DNA from: a bacterium
GTDB taxonomy: Bacteria > Patescibacteriota > Dojkabacteria > JAOAGR01 > JBAXGO01
Assembly: GCA_037139335.1 (NCBI GenBank)
Contig: JBAXGO010000004.1
Location: 1-40,062 of the forward strand
Direction: 5' to 3'
Length of the DNA stretch: 40,062 bases
How positions within the stretch are numbered: the first letter of the stretch is position 1; each line of letters opens with the position of its first letter. Positions 10,620 to 19,784 of the stretch are shown here, one piece after another. Below the pieces are notes generated by a model, which was given only the letters and a program-made list of their open reading frames with translations, did no database searches and was not told the DNA's origin. The translations under genes were made by a program, and so were the position numbers.

Positions 10620-11156
10620 ATGGAAATAAAAACTACTTCAATAAAAGATTTACTCGTTATTGAAAATCCAGTATTTGCTGATGATAGAGGCTTTTTCACT
10701 CAATTAGGGCGAACAGAAGTAATTAATGAAAAAATAGGTCGAGAATTTAATATAGCTCAATTTAATCATTCTAGATCCAATAAAGGTGTTCTTCGAGGAG
10801 TACATTATGAAAATATGGATAAATTAGTTTACGTTCCAAATGGAAAAATGATAGCAATTATTGTGGATTTAAATCCTGATTCACAAAATTTTGGCAAATA
10901 TGAACAATTTGAACTTGGTGAAGATAATAAAGTTGCACTATTTTTACCAGAAGGAGTAGGGAATTCATTTTATGTATTATCTGATACTGCAGATTACATT
11001 TACTTAGTTTCCAAAAAATATAACGATACAATTACTAGACAAATTAAGTGGGATGATTCGGATTTAAATTTGCCATGGCCAGATAAAAATCCAGTTATTT
11101 CTGAAAGAGATAAAACAGCACAAAGTTTACGAGAAGCCTTTCCACAAAAATTTTAA
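10620..11156 (+). CDS. rmlC: dTDP-4-dehydrorhamnose 3,5-epimerase
   Basis: F.DDRGFF, QFNHSRS.KGVLRGVHY, KLV, WDD..L.LPWP, S.RD. Confidence 0.9.
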   Translation: MEIKTTSIKDLLVIENPVFADDRGFFTQLGRTEVINEKIGREFNIAQFNHSRSNKGVLRGVHYENMDKLVYVPNGKMIAIIVDLNPDSQNFGKYEQFELGEDNKVALFLPEGVGNSFYVLSDTADYIYLVSKKYNDTITRQIKWDDSDLNLPWPDKNPVISERDKTAQSLREAFPQKF

Positions 11157-11173
11157 TAAATTAACTTATAATT

Positions 11174-12019
11174 ATGAAAAATATTATTTTTACTGGTGGA
11201 AACGGAATGCTTGGTAGTGCCTTTCAAATTGTTTTGGAAAATAATTCTGACTATTCTACTACTTTTTTAACTATAGATGATTTGGAACTAACAAATTCCG
11301 ATGCTGTAGAAGAATATTTCAACAATAATGCTTGTGATATTTTAATAAATTGTGCCGCATACACTCAGGTTGATCAAGCTGAGACTGATGAAGCTATTGC
11401 ATTCAAAGTTAACGGCGATGTAGTAGGACATTTATCAAAATTATGCAAAGAGAAGGGAATAGTCTTTGTAAATTATTCTACGGATTATGTCTTTGATGGT
11501 GAAAATAAGGATGGCTATAGCGAAGATGCAGAAGTAGACCCACTTAATGCTTACGGACGGTCAAAGGCAATCGGTGAAAAATTATTAAAAGAGAATGGAG
11601 ATAAATATTATAATATTCGTACTCAATGGTTATATGGTCCAAAAGGGAAGAACTTTGTTGATACAATAATAAATGCTTTTAAAGAAGGAAAAAATTTAAA
11701 AATAGTTAATGACCAATTTGGTTCTCCTACTTATACTTTGGATTTAGCAAAAAAAACATTAGATATAATTGAAAAAAACGAACCTTATGGCTTTTATCAT
11801 GTTACGAATACAGGCGTTTGCTCATGGCATGAATTTACAGAATATTTTTTAAAAATATTTAATAATAGTCCAGTAGATGTAGCAGAAGTTTCTAGTGATG
11901 AATTTCCTAGACCAGCCAAAAGACCTCATTATTCGGCTCTTATAAACAATAAAACAGAATCAATGAGATCTTGGAAAGAAGCTGTCGAGGAATATGTGAA
12001 GACATTAAGTAATAATTAA
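11174..12019 (+). CDS. rmlD: dTDP-4-dehydrorhamnose reductase
   Basis: TGGNGMLG, NCAAYT.VD.AE, STDYVFDG, YGRSK, DQFGSPT, PAKRP.YS.L. Confidence 0.95.
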   Translation: MKNIIFTGGNGMLGSAFQIVLENNSDYSTTFLTIDDLELTNSDAVEEYFNNNACDILINCAAYTQVDQAETDEAIAFKVNGDVVGHLSKLCKEKGIVFVNYSTDYVFDGENKDGYSEDAEVDPLNAYGRSKAIGEKLLKENGDKYYNIRTQWLYGPKGKNFVDTIINAFKEGKNLKIVNDQFGSPTYTLDLAKKTLDIIEKNEPYGFYHVTNTGVCSWHEFTEYFLKIFNNSPVDVAEVSSDEFPRPAKRPHYSALINNKTESMRSWKEAVEEYVKTLSNN

Positions 12020-12069
12020 GATTTTAAACATCATCCTCTTTGTGAAAAAGGATACGGGGGAGTTGACTC

Positions 12070-12570
12070 ATTATGTCATCCTGAGCACTTTCGGTAGGCT
12101 CAGTACAGGCTTTGTCGAAGGAAATGTCACCCTAATGTCATTCCTGTGTCATTCCTGCGAAAGCAGGAATCCATGTAGTCTCTTATCACTTTCTATGTTA
12201 TGCCACTTAGCGGCATTTCGTTCTTCTTTTTTATGTCATGCCGCTTAGCGGCATCTCGTCGGAAAATTAAAATAGGACGGAATGAACACACCCCGCCTTC
12301 GGCACCCCTCTTAATAGAGGGGACTGGGAGAGGGAAAATGGACACATTCCGCCTGTTCCTACGCAAACCCCTTCCGTCATCCTACGAAAGCAGGAATCTA
12401 ACCCCTCTGTCCTAACTGACATCTGTCGAAGGGCTAATTACGTATTAGATAGTTATAAATAAATATAATTAAATAATTTGAGCTATCACTTTATAAAAGA
12501 GGAGAATTGGGAAAATGAAATACCTCGCCTGTTCTTACGCAAATGACCCATCCCGTGATGGGGAATTCTA
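12070..12570. repeat. REP-like hairpin mosaic III (convergent intergenic region)
   Basis: Nested CTGAGC/GTCGAAGG element at 12074-12121, TGTCATTCCTGCGAAAGCAGGAATCCA at 12147-12173, TGTCATGCCGCTTAGCGGCATCTCGTCGG at 12234-12262, CCCCTCT..AGAGGGG module at 12265-12358. Confidence 0.88.
12396..12507. repeat. 112-bp inverted repeat, right copy
   Basis: Reverse complement of 9186-9297. A degenerate partial third copy lies at about 25330-25375. Confidence 0.92.
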
Positions 12571-12594
12571 ATGTATTCAAAGAAAGTCTAAATT

Positions 12595-13107
12595 TTACAT
12601 CAAGAACAAGATTAATGAACCCGTAATTAAACCTAGGACTGCTCCTGTTATTACATCGCTGAGGTAATGAAATTTCAAATATATTCTTGAGAACATTATA
12701 AAAATAGCAAATAATGAAAACGCTATTCCTCCGTATGAAAACATTATAAATGATAATGGTATCATTTGAGCTATCATGAATGAATGTGCTGATGGAAACG
12801 AGTAATTATCTGTTTCAAAATTCATTATATTTTTGAATGAATTTCCCTTTATCCTTTTTGGACGTTCTCTTCTTACCGCTTGTTTGATAATTATTACAAT
12901 AATACATGTGAAAATATAAAATATTTGCTTTACAAAAAATTCACCACTAAAGAAAATAAAGTCGATTGCTAGAAAAATAATGTAAATTATCATTGGATTT
13001 AATGCCAATGTTTCAATTAGCCATTCTGTATTTGTGCTGAATCTTTTTTCAAAAAAAACCTGAACCTTTTTATCGAAAGAATTTACAAAGGAAAAAAATG
13101 TATTCAT
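12595..13107 (-). CDS. PAP2-family membrane phosphatase (possible undecaprenyl-PP phosphatase)
   Basis: K-x6-RP, FPSAH and SR-x5-H-x3-D catalytic motifs. Confidence 0.88.
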   Translation of the reverse strand: MNTFFSFVNSFDKKVQVFFEKRFSTNTEWLIETLALNPMIIYIIFLAIDFIFFSGEFFVKQIFYIFTCIIVIIIKQAVRRERPKRIKGNSFKNIMNFETDNYSFPSAHSFMIAQMIPLSFIMFSYGGIAFSLFAIFIMFSRIYLKFHYLSDVITGAVLGLITGSLILFLM

Positions 13108-13808
13108 TACTGTCCGTTTTTTTGATTATTATCTTTATCTGGGCTTATTTTTCTAATCATAAACCCAAAACTAATTAATAATAAACCAATTCCTGTATAC
13201 ATTACAAGATCTTCAGTGAAACCAGTATTGGGCAAATTATTTTTTCCAGATTGTTGAGGAATTATAGTACCAGTAATTTGTGTCGGATTTTTTGTTGGTG
13301 TTGATGTGGAATTTGTTCCACCCTGTGGGTTCGTAGTTGGTTTAGTTGTAGGAAGAGTCGTTGGTTGTACAGAAGGTTGTGTTGTAGAAGATGTTGTCGA
13401 GCTCTTGCATCTTATTTCGCTATTAGCTCCAAATTCTGTCACATAGCCTGTGAGTTTGCACTCGCATAATTTTCTTTGTGAATTATATTGAGTAGAATTA
13501 TCTGGATATAAAATCATACATGCTCCGGATAATAATTGTGTACATCTACCTAAACCATCTATACCTATATTTACATTATCTACATTATATTCTTTAGTAT
13601 CAAAGGTACATTTTTTTACCGATGACACTTGAATAGTTGTAGATGTTGTAGCCGTAATAGTATTTGAAACGGTTGGTGTTTGTGAAGAATTATTTGTTCC
13701 TCCATTATTGTTACCCATTAAGGCAAGTACCAAAAAAACTAGGAAAACTATTATAGCTCCAATCAATAATAATATTAATAATGATAATATGGCTTTTTTG
13801 GGGGACAT
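13107..13808 (-). CDS. LPXTG-type surface protein with a small Cys-rich domain between Ser/Thr/Pro-rich linkers
   Basis: Likely start MSPKK (ATG at 13808) followed by a long hydrophobic stretch. C-terminal LPNTG, then a TM and an RK-containing tail. Confidence 0.75.
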   Translation of the reverse strand: MSPKKAILSLLILLLIGAIIVFLVFLVLALMGNNNGGTNNSSQTPTVSNTITATTSTTIQVSSVKKCTFDTKEYNVDNVNIGIDGLGRCTQLLSGACMILYPDNSTQYNSQRKLCECKLTGYVTEFGANSEIRCKSSTTSSTTQPSVQPTTLPTTKPTTNPQGGTNSTSTPTKNPTQITGTIIPQQSGKNNLPNTGFTEDLVMYTGIGLLLISFGFMIRKISPDKDNNQKNGQ

Positions 13809-13884
13809 TGTCTTTTCGTTGTGATTTCTATAATATATTGACCTATTTGCAAAAAATTTGCAATAACCTCTTAATAAAAACCTC

Positions 13885-14043
13885 ATGGCACAACAAATTA
13901 ATGCTGATGAAATCCAAAATCTTATTGATGTAGAAATGAAAAACAAAAATGAATATGGTCAAAGCCAGAATAGTGACGAACATGGTCCTGGTGTCTTACC
14001 TCCTGAGATATTAAATACTAAAGTGTCTTCATATCAAGAATAA
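13885..14043 (+). CDS. Small acidic hypothetical protein (52 aa, below the ORF-track cutoff)
   Basis: ATG at 13885 to TAA at 14043 encodes MAQQINADEIQNLIDVEMKNKNEYGQSQNSDEHGPGVLPPEILNTKVSSYQE. It fills the gap 23 bp before the amidase. Confidence 0.6.
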   Translation: MAQQINADEIQNLIDVEMKNKNEYGQSQNSDEHGPGVLPPEILNTKVSSYQE

Positions 14044-14066
14044 ATTACATAATTTTATAAATAATT

Positions 14067-14954
14067 ATGGGACAATACGATATAGAAAGAATAAAGCCAC
14101 CGTCATATTTAGTAGTACATCATTCTGTTTCTCCAGAAGGTGATGTTATTCGCAATTGGTCAGATCAACAAGTATCTGATTGGTTTAATGAAATTGGTAG
14201 AACCAGAACTTATGCAGGATATTCACATTCATATCACTATGATCCTAGAACTGGTAATGAAACTTTTTCTGCTGTTCAAATTGCACTTTGGCCAAATGGT
14301 GATGATTTGGATATTTATACCGATTCGTGGCGAGTTATTCCGTTGGTCGATGATTGGTATGGTGAAATTTGTTGGCATGCTGGCAATTGGGAAATGAACA
14401 AAAGAAGTGTTGGTTGTGAAACATATGGTAGATATGATGATAAGCCATTACCAGAAAATGCAGTGTGGGCCTTGGCAGAATGGTGTAGAAATAACATTGA
14501 TAAAGAAAACAATGGTGCTACGATTATTATGGGGCATAAACAAATTTATCCAACAGCATGTCCAGGTGATTGGATGAATAAAATAGATTTGTTAATAGAC
14601 ATGATTAATAATCCTGCAACATATCAAGGTAAATATTTTACATTTGAAGAGAAAAAACAAATGATAGATCAACTAAAGGCTCAAATAATTAATCTACAAA
14701 GTTTAATAAGTACACAAAATACAAATATTGCAACATTAAATCAAAAAAATCAAGAATTAATTAATGAAAATGAACAATTTAAAATTAAAATTCAAGATTT
14801 AACGGGTCAGATCGGTTATGGTCAGCAGAATAAAGATCTTTTACAAAGTTTGGAAAATTATAAGAATCAACTTTTAATAGAGCAACAAAGAAGGGAGCAG
14901 TTAGAAGTTTTGGTAAAGGAATTGCAAGCTAGAATAGATAAAATTGGAGCATAA
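14067..14954 (+). CDS. N-acetylmuramoyl-L-alanine amidase (Amidase_2/PGRP type) with C-terminal coiled coil
   Basis: VVHHS, WHAG...N..SVG.E..G and GHK...PTACPG zinc-amidase motifs, then about 100 aa of Q/L/N heptads. Confidence 0.85.
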   Translation: MGQYDIERIKPPSYLVVHHSVSPEGDVIRNWSDQQVSDWFNEIGRTRTYAGYSHSYHYDPRTGNETFSAVQIALWPNGDDLDIYTDSWRVIPLVDDWYGEICWHAGNWEMNKRSVGCETYGRYDDKPLPENAVWALAEWCRNNIDKENNGATIIMGHKQIYPTACPGDWMNKIDLLIDMINNPATYQGKYFTFEEKKQMIDQLKAQIINLQSLISTQNTNIATLNQKNQELINENEQFKIKIQDLTGQIGYGQQNKDLLQSLENYKNQLLIEQQRREQLEVLVKELQARIDKIGA

Positions 14955-15013
14955 ATTATTTTAGCTATTGTGCTTCTTTTTTGAACTTAGGTAAAAAACA
15001 TTCCGCTAAAATA

Positions 15014-15022
15014 TGATATCAT
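15014..15022 (+). promoter_or_regulatory. Extended -10 promoter, probably a leaderless dinG transcript
   Basis: TGATATCAT ends 6 nt before the ATG at 15029, with no SD. Confidence 0.5.
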
Positions 15023-15028
15023 CAGGAT

Positions 15029-17047
15029 ATGACTATCACAGATTTTTTTTCACAAAAGGGGCCTTTATCCAAGGCTTTCTCTGATTATGAAATCAGAACA
15101 GGACAAATAAAACTATCACAAAGAATTGCAAAAGTAATGCGTGATGGTGGAGTTGGTATGTATGAAGCTGGGACAGGCATTGGCAAAAGTCTTGCTTATC
15201 TCCTGCCTGCTTATGCAAAATCAAAGACTACAAATAAACCAGTTATTATTTCTACTACTACTAATAATCTTTTATCTCAACTTCTGAATAAAGATCTGCC
15301 TATGCTTCGTGATGTATTGGAATCTATGGGGGAAACTTTGACTTATACAGGTATCAAGGGCAAATCTCATTATGCATGCTTAGCAAAAATGGATGGTAAT
15401 ATTGAATCATCCATTTCAGATTTAATTAAGGATATCGAAAAAACCAAGAATGGTGAAAGAAGTGAATTGGAAAATAGAGTTAAAGATGAAGATTGGAGAA
15501 AGATATCTTATAACAGAGAAGACTGTGCGGGGACTAAATGTCCTTTTTTCAAAGATTGTTATATTGCTAATATCAAGAAACGTGCAGAAAAAGTAAACAT
15601 TATAGTGACTAATCATAATATTATTTTTGCAGAAAGATTAGCTAAATTTCAAATATTGCCCGATTACGATGATTTAATTTTTGATGAGGGGCATAATATA
15701 GAATCTGTTGCTACTGACTATTTAACACAAAGTCTTTCACTATCATTACTTACTGCATTGTCGAAAGATATTTTCATAAGTGACGGCAGATCCAAATCTG
15801 GTTTAGCTAATTTCGCTAAACTTGTTAATTATAGTGATGATTTAATTTCTATTTCAATTCAGATTATAAATATTAGGAATGAATTGGATGATTATATAAA
15901 TTCAATTGCTAATATTTACAAGACTTCTTCATTTAATGAGGATAATTCCAGAGATAATGGAAGTGAATTTATAATCGAAGATCGTGCTGAATTTGTGATT
16001 AAGTTGGAACCATTGAAAAAAGAATTACAAAGATTGTTTGAAATACTTGATGGGATTGAACTTCCTGGGCCAAACCAAACTTTAGCCTTGAATGCAGTTG
16101 TTAATACAATTATTACTTTGCTCAATTGGATAGCTAATATTCAAGATCCTGAAATACTTCTTTGGGGAAAGCGGAAAGATGATGATATTTTCATACATCA
16201 AACACCACTAAAAATTGGTGAACTTTTGAAAAAAGAAATTTATCAAAAACTTAATAGTACTATTATTTTATCAGCTACTTTGACTGTAAATGAAAATTTT
16301 GGATTTATGAAATCACGCCTTGGGCTGAATAATATGAAGTCTTTCCAAATAAAAACAGATCGAGATGAAAATTATGAAGGGGATAATATTAGTGATGAAT
16401 TTGTGGATAATGTTGTGGAAGAAGTAAAAGATGTGAATATTGATACAGGAGTTTTTGAATCGCCCTTTGATTATGAAGAGCAGATGCAAGTTGTCATTCG
16501 TGATGAAATTCCAGATCATAAATCTTATGGATATTTATCTCAGCTCACTGATGCTATTTTAGAAGGAATACAGCACACTAATGGTAATGCCTTTGTATTA
16601 TTTACATCGTATGGAATTATGAATGATGTTGCAGATAGTATTTGGAGAGCGTTGGAACATGATAATATTCCGCTTTTGGTACAAGAATCTGGAAATAGAG
16701 AAGAGATAGTTAAAAAATTTCGTGAGGGGAACAGTGTTTTATTTGGTGTTGAAAGTTTCTGGGAAGGTGTAGATATTCCAGGCGATGCTCTAACTCATGT
16801 AATTATAGTGAAACTTCCTTTCAAAGTTCCCTCTACGCCTATCGAAAAAGCTAGAGCAGAATTAGTAGAAAAAGAAGGCGGTAATAGTTTTTATGACCTA
16901 TCGCTACCTCAAGCAGTTATCAAATTCCGCCAAGGCATTGGTCGACTCATTCGTACTCAAAGCGACAAAGGTATCGTAACGATTCTAGATCCAAGAATAG
17001 TGAAAAGCAGCTATGGCAAGTTCTTCAAACAGTATCTGGGGAAATGA
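15029..17047 (+). CDS. dinG: ATP-dependent DNA helicase, DinG/YoaA family (Fe-S)
   Basis: EAGTGIGKSLAYL, four Fe-S cysteines, DEGH, SATL, SPFDY, LFTSY, FWEGVD.PG, QG.GRLIR...D.G. Confidence 0.92.
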   Translation: MTITDFFSQKGPLSKAFSDYEIRTGQIKLSQRIAKVMRDGGVGMYEAGTGIGKSLAYLLPAYAKSKTTNKPVIISTTTNNLLSQLLNKDLPMLRDVLESMGETLTYTGIKGKSHYACLAKMDGNIESSISDLIKDIEKTKNGERSELENRVKDEDWRKISYNREDCAGTKCPFFKDCYIANIKKRAEKVNIIVTNHNIIFAERLAKFQILPDYDDLIFDEGHNIESVATDYLTQSLSLSLLTALSKDIFISDGRSKSGLANFAKLVNYSDDLISISIQIINIRNELDDYINSIANIYKTSSFNEDNSRDNGSEFIIEDRAEFVIKLEPLKKELQRLFEILDGIELPGPNQTLALNAVVNTIITLLNWIANIQDPEILLWGKRKDDDIFIHQTPLKIGELLKKEIYQKLNSTIILSATLTVNENFGFMKSRLGLNNMKSFQIKTDRDENYEGDNISDEFVDNVVEEVKDVNIDTGVFESPFDYEEQMQVVIRDEIPDHKSYGYLSQLTDAILEGIQHTNGNAFVLFTSYGIMNDVADSIWRALEHDNIPLLVQESGNREEIVKKFREGNSVLFGVESFWEGVDIPGDALTHVIIVKLPFKVPSTPIEKARAELVEKEGGNSFYDLSLPQAVIKFRQGIGRLIRTQSDKGIVTILDPRIVKSSYGKFFKQYLGK

Positions 17048-17113
17048 CGGCTGCTTCAGTTTTATTAAAGTGTAGTGTAATATAGTTCAAATTCTAATTT
17101 TCAATAAAATATT

Positions 17114-18622
17114 ATGGCTGATGGTCAAGGCTATAACGGTGATGGAGGCAATCCAGTTGTTTTAAAATCTGAACAAAGAAAACAAGAAGTCCAACAATCT
17201 AGGGAACACATCGTGGCAGAATTAGATAGTATGAAAGCAGATTTTGAAAAGTATAGTAGTTCTTCATATGAAGCTCTCGAGGAAAATGCTACAAAAGCTA
17301 CAACAACAGAAGCTCAAGCTAATGAATCTTTATCACAGTTTGGTATAAAAAATGGGGATGAATTGGATGGTATGTTAGCTACACTACGAGGAATTAGAGG
17401 GCAAAACCTTTTTTTAGATTATCCAGAGGGCAAAACAACTTTACAACTATTTGAAAATAGTAACGCACGTTTTAATGAGAGTAAGAAAAGAGGCGAATTA
17501 AACAGCTGGATGAAAGTTGGCTTCTTATCTAGGAAAAATAGTGTTCTTTCTTTTGTCGATTGGGAACAAGATTCAACAGCTGAAAAAGGTGATAAAGATG
17601 ACAAAGGAAAATATTCTATTCGAGATGCAATAAATCGTGTTTCTAATTTGATAAAAGAAGGTCAAATCGATGAAGTCGATAAAATCTTGTCTAATATAAA
17701 GGGTACCGAATTTGATACAAGTCAAATTGAAGCTGTTTTGGATAGTATTAATAATAGAAAATCTAATCAATTAGGATTAGAAGAAGATATAAAAAAAGCA
17801 GGTTCTGTAAGAATTTATTATGATGATCATGATGGCGGTATACCGGGTTTAAGAAGTGATCAAGATACAGCTTTAGATACAATACTTATGGATTATGAAA
17901 AACTCTCTAGTCAAGTTTGTGATCCAATTCAAGTCATTAATGTTGCAGATAGTGATCTAGTTGGGCAAATGAATGAACATGTAAGCCGTGTAAGAAATAT
18001 TGTAGCACGATTAAAAACTCTAAGTTCTCAAACAAAATATTTAGTAGAAGAGGGAGAGCCAATCGGAGTTAGTAAATGGAGCAGTGATCTTTTGGATTCT
18101 GTCGAAATGGATAATGAACTGACAAGTTCACAAATAGCCAAGAATCTTTACTCCGCAACTGTCAAAGAAGAAAAACTGGAAGATGTTAATTATGATCAAG
18201 TTGTTGAATATATAAAGAAAAATATTAATAATTCTTTTCCAGATGATGTAAATACATCATCTGGAAAAGTAGGCGAAAAAGCTTGGTATAATGTTAGATT
18301 ATTTAAAGTATTAAATGAAGGTAACCTTCTTAATAATTTTCCAGAAGGTCTAACACCAGAAAAAAGATTTGATGGTGTCTTAGAAACGTACAAAGAATTT
18401 ATCGCTGGTGAATTCGGAAATGATATTGAAGTGAGAGCTTTGATGTCTCTTAGTAATGACGAAAAAGCAAGTGCTCTCGCATATATTCAAAAAGTCTTTA
18501 CAGAAAAAAAAGTCTATAATAATGAACCCAATGTATTACTTCTAAATATGGCTAAAAGAATTATTGCTACATTACCAAAAAGAGTTGAAGCTATAAAAAA
18601 AATTGCGGGGATTGAAGAATAA
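17114..18622 (+). CDS. Hypothetical protein (502 aa, acidic, probably helical)
   Basis: Long ORF in AT-rich DNA with no recognisable motif, signal peptide or TM. Confidence 0.8.
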   Translation: MADGQGYNGDGGNPVVLKSEQRKQEVQQSREHIVAELDSMKADFEKYSSSSYEALEENATKATTTEAQANESLSQFGIKNGDELDGMLATLRGIRGQNLFLDYPEGKTTLQLFENSNARFNESKKRGELNSWMKVGFLSRKNSVLSFVDWEQDSTAEKGDKDDKGKYSIRDAINRVSNLIKEGQIDEVDKILSNIKGTEFDTSQIEAVLDSINNRKSNQLGLEEDIKKAGSVRIYYDDHDGGIPGLRSDQDTALDTILMDYEKLSSQVCDPIQVINVADSDLVGQMNEHVSRVRNIVARLKTLSSQTKYLVEEGEPIGVSKWSSDLLDSVEMDNELTSSQIAKNLYSATVKEEKLEDVNYDQVVEYIKKNINNSFPDDVNTSSGKVGEKAWYNVRLFKVLNEGNLLNNFPEGLTPEKRFDGVLETYKEFIAGEFGNDIEVRALMSLSNDEKASALAYIQKVFTEKKVYNNEPNVLLLNMAKRIIATLPKRVEAIKKIAGIEE

Positions 18623-18640
18623 TCTTACAATTCGTAAAAA

Positions 18641-18668
18641 TTGAAATAAAATCAAGGTCATATATAAT
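18641..18668 (+). promoter_or_regulatory. Sigma70-like promoter
   Basis: TTGAAA, 16 nt, TATAAT, located 20 nt upstream of the ATG at 18689. Confidence 0.5.
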
Positions 18669-18688
18669 AATGTACTTAACCTACGTCT

Positions 18689-19414
18689 ATGAGCAACTCC
18701 GCTTCGTCATCGTATGCTATTGCGATTTCCCAAAATTTTGAAGAAATTATTTTGTCAGAAATGCTACCCCATCAGAAAGTTAGATCTATTCAAAAGAAAT
18801 TTATTGAAAATCTTGAGCGTATTGGCAATGGTCAAATTGATTTAATAAATAATATGAGACTTAGTTCGATGCAGTTAAGTCAATCTCTCAACAAACCATC
18901 TTTGAATAGCGGTATCAGAAAAATCGCTGAAGATCATTGGACTTTGTATGCTTCAATTCTATCTAGAATTGGTGTGGAAACGATTCCTGTTCAAGATAAT
19001 TATCATGGTTTAAATCATAGACTTAATGAAATTATATTTCCTCAATCTCTTGCTGAAGAAGATTGCAAATGGACTTTTAATTTTTTCTTCGAAAATATAG
19101 CTAATGCACTTGAGCATGGTTCTGTCGCTGGAGCTAATGCATTATTAAATAAGATAGAAAATCATTATATGGCTGTATTTTTATCTGAAATTTATGCTTT
19201 GTCACAAAAAAGTAATGAAGATGAAAGAAAAACTGTTGGAGATATAATTAGAATTATTGCTGAGGTAAAAGATTCTCATTTATTGATTGGACTTACAGCA
19301 TTGAAGGCATATTCGGAAACTTTGGTCGACAGAGAAGAGCCGAAATTTGTGGAATTGATAAATGTTACTATTAAGGCGATAAAGGATGTCATAGACAAGG
19401 CAAATGGGAATTGA
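18689..19414 (+). CDS. Hypothetical protein (241 aa, probably helical)
   Basis: ORF with its own promoter-like sequence and no recognisable motif. Confidence 0.75.
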   Translation: MSNSASSSYAIAISQNFEEIILSEMLPHQKVRSIQKKFIENLERIGNGQIDLINNMRLSSMQLSQSLNKPSLNSGIRKIAEDHWTLYASILSRIGVETIPVQDNYHGLNHRLNEIIFPQSLAEEDCKWTFNFFFENIANALEHGSVAGANALLNKIENHYMAVFLSEIYALSQKSNEDERKTVGDIIRIIAEVKDSHLLIGLTALKAYSETLVDREEPKFVELINVTIKAIKDVIDKANGN

Positions 19415-19417
19415 GGA

Positions 19418-19784
19418 AGAATTAAGAATTAAGAATTAAGAGTTAAAATTAGAAAATAGAAATATGTCACGCCACTAAGTGGCATCCCGTCGGAATAATT
19501 CTAAAACAGACGGTTTAAAGTTGTCACCCTGAGCTTGTCGAAGGGCGACTGTAGGAAAATTTATCGCAAAAGTAAATACAGCATGTAGAAAGTATGTCAT
19601 GCCGAATCCTCTGTAGCTCCTACTTCACTTAAGTTACTTAGGATAAATTTAGCGTAAGAGGAGAGGGATCTCGTCGGATTAATTAACGAGATTTCTCACT
19701 AACGTTCGAAATGACAAGTTTAGGATGACAGTCACTTATAAACTTACTAAACTTACTAAACCTACCAAACCTATCAAACTTACT
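19418..19784. repeat. REP-like mosaic IV bracketed by 7-bp (AGAATTA) and 9-bp (AAACTTACT) tandem repeats
   Basis: AGAATTA x3-4 at 19418-19445. Hairpins at 19465-19495 and 19522-19545. TGTCAT...ATGACA doublet at 19595-19716. Five 9-mers at 19740-19784. Confidence 0.88.

Noticed and set aside
12042-12415. ORFs 12042-12248 and 12200-12415 (also 8997-9179, 21626-21835, 39444-39658, 39740-40015)
   Set aside because: These are read-throughs of GC-rich repeat modules or intergenic DNA with non-protein-like composition.
13809-13946. N-terminal extension of the LPXTG ORF given in the track
   Set aside because: It would overlap the divergent 52-aa ORF. MSPKK followed by a hydrophobic stretch is a better start.
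14067-14954. Prophage endolysin
   Set aside because: There is no holin, structural or integrase gene, and the flanking genes are chromosomal.
15029-17047. CasDinG or defence helicase
   Set aside because: It has ordinary Fe-S DinG/YoaA motifs, with no type IV cas genes or array nearby.
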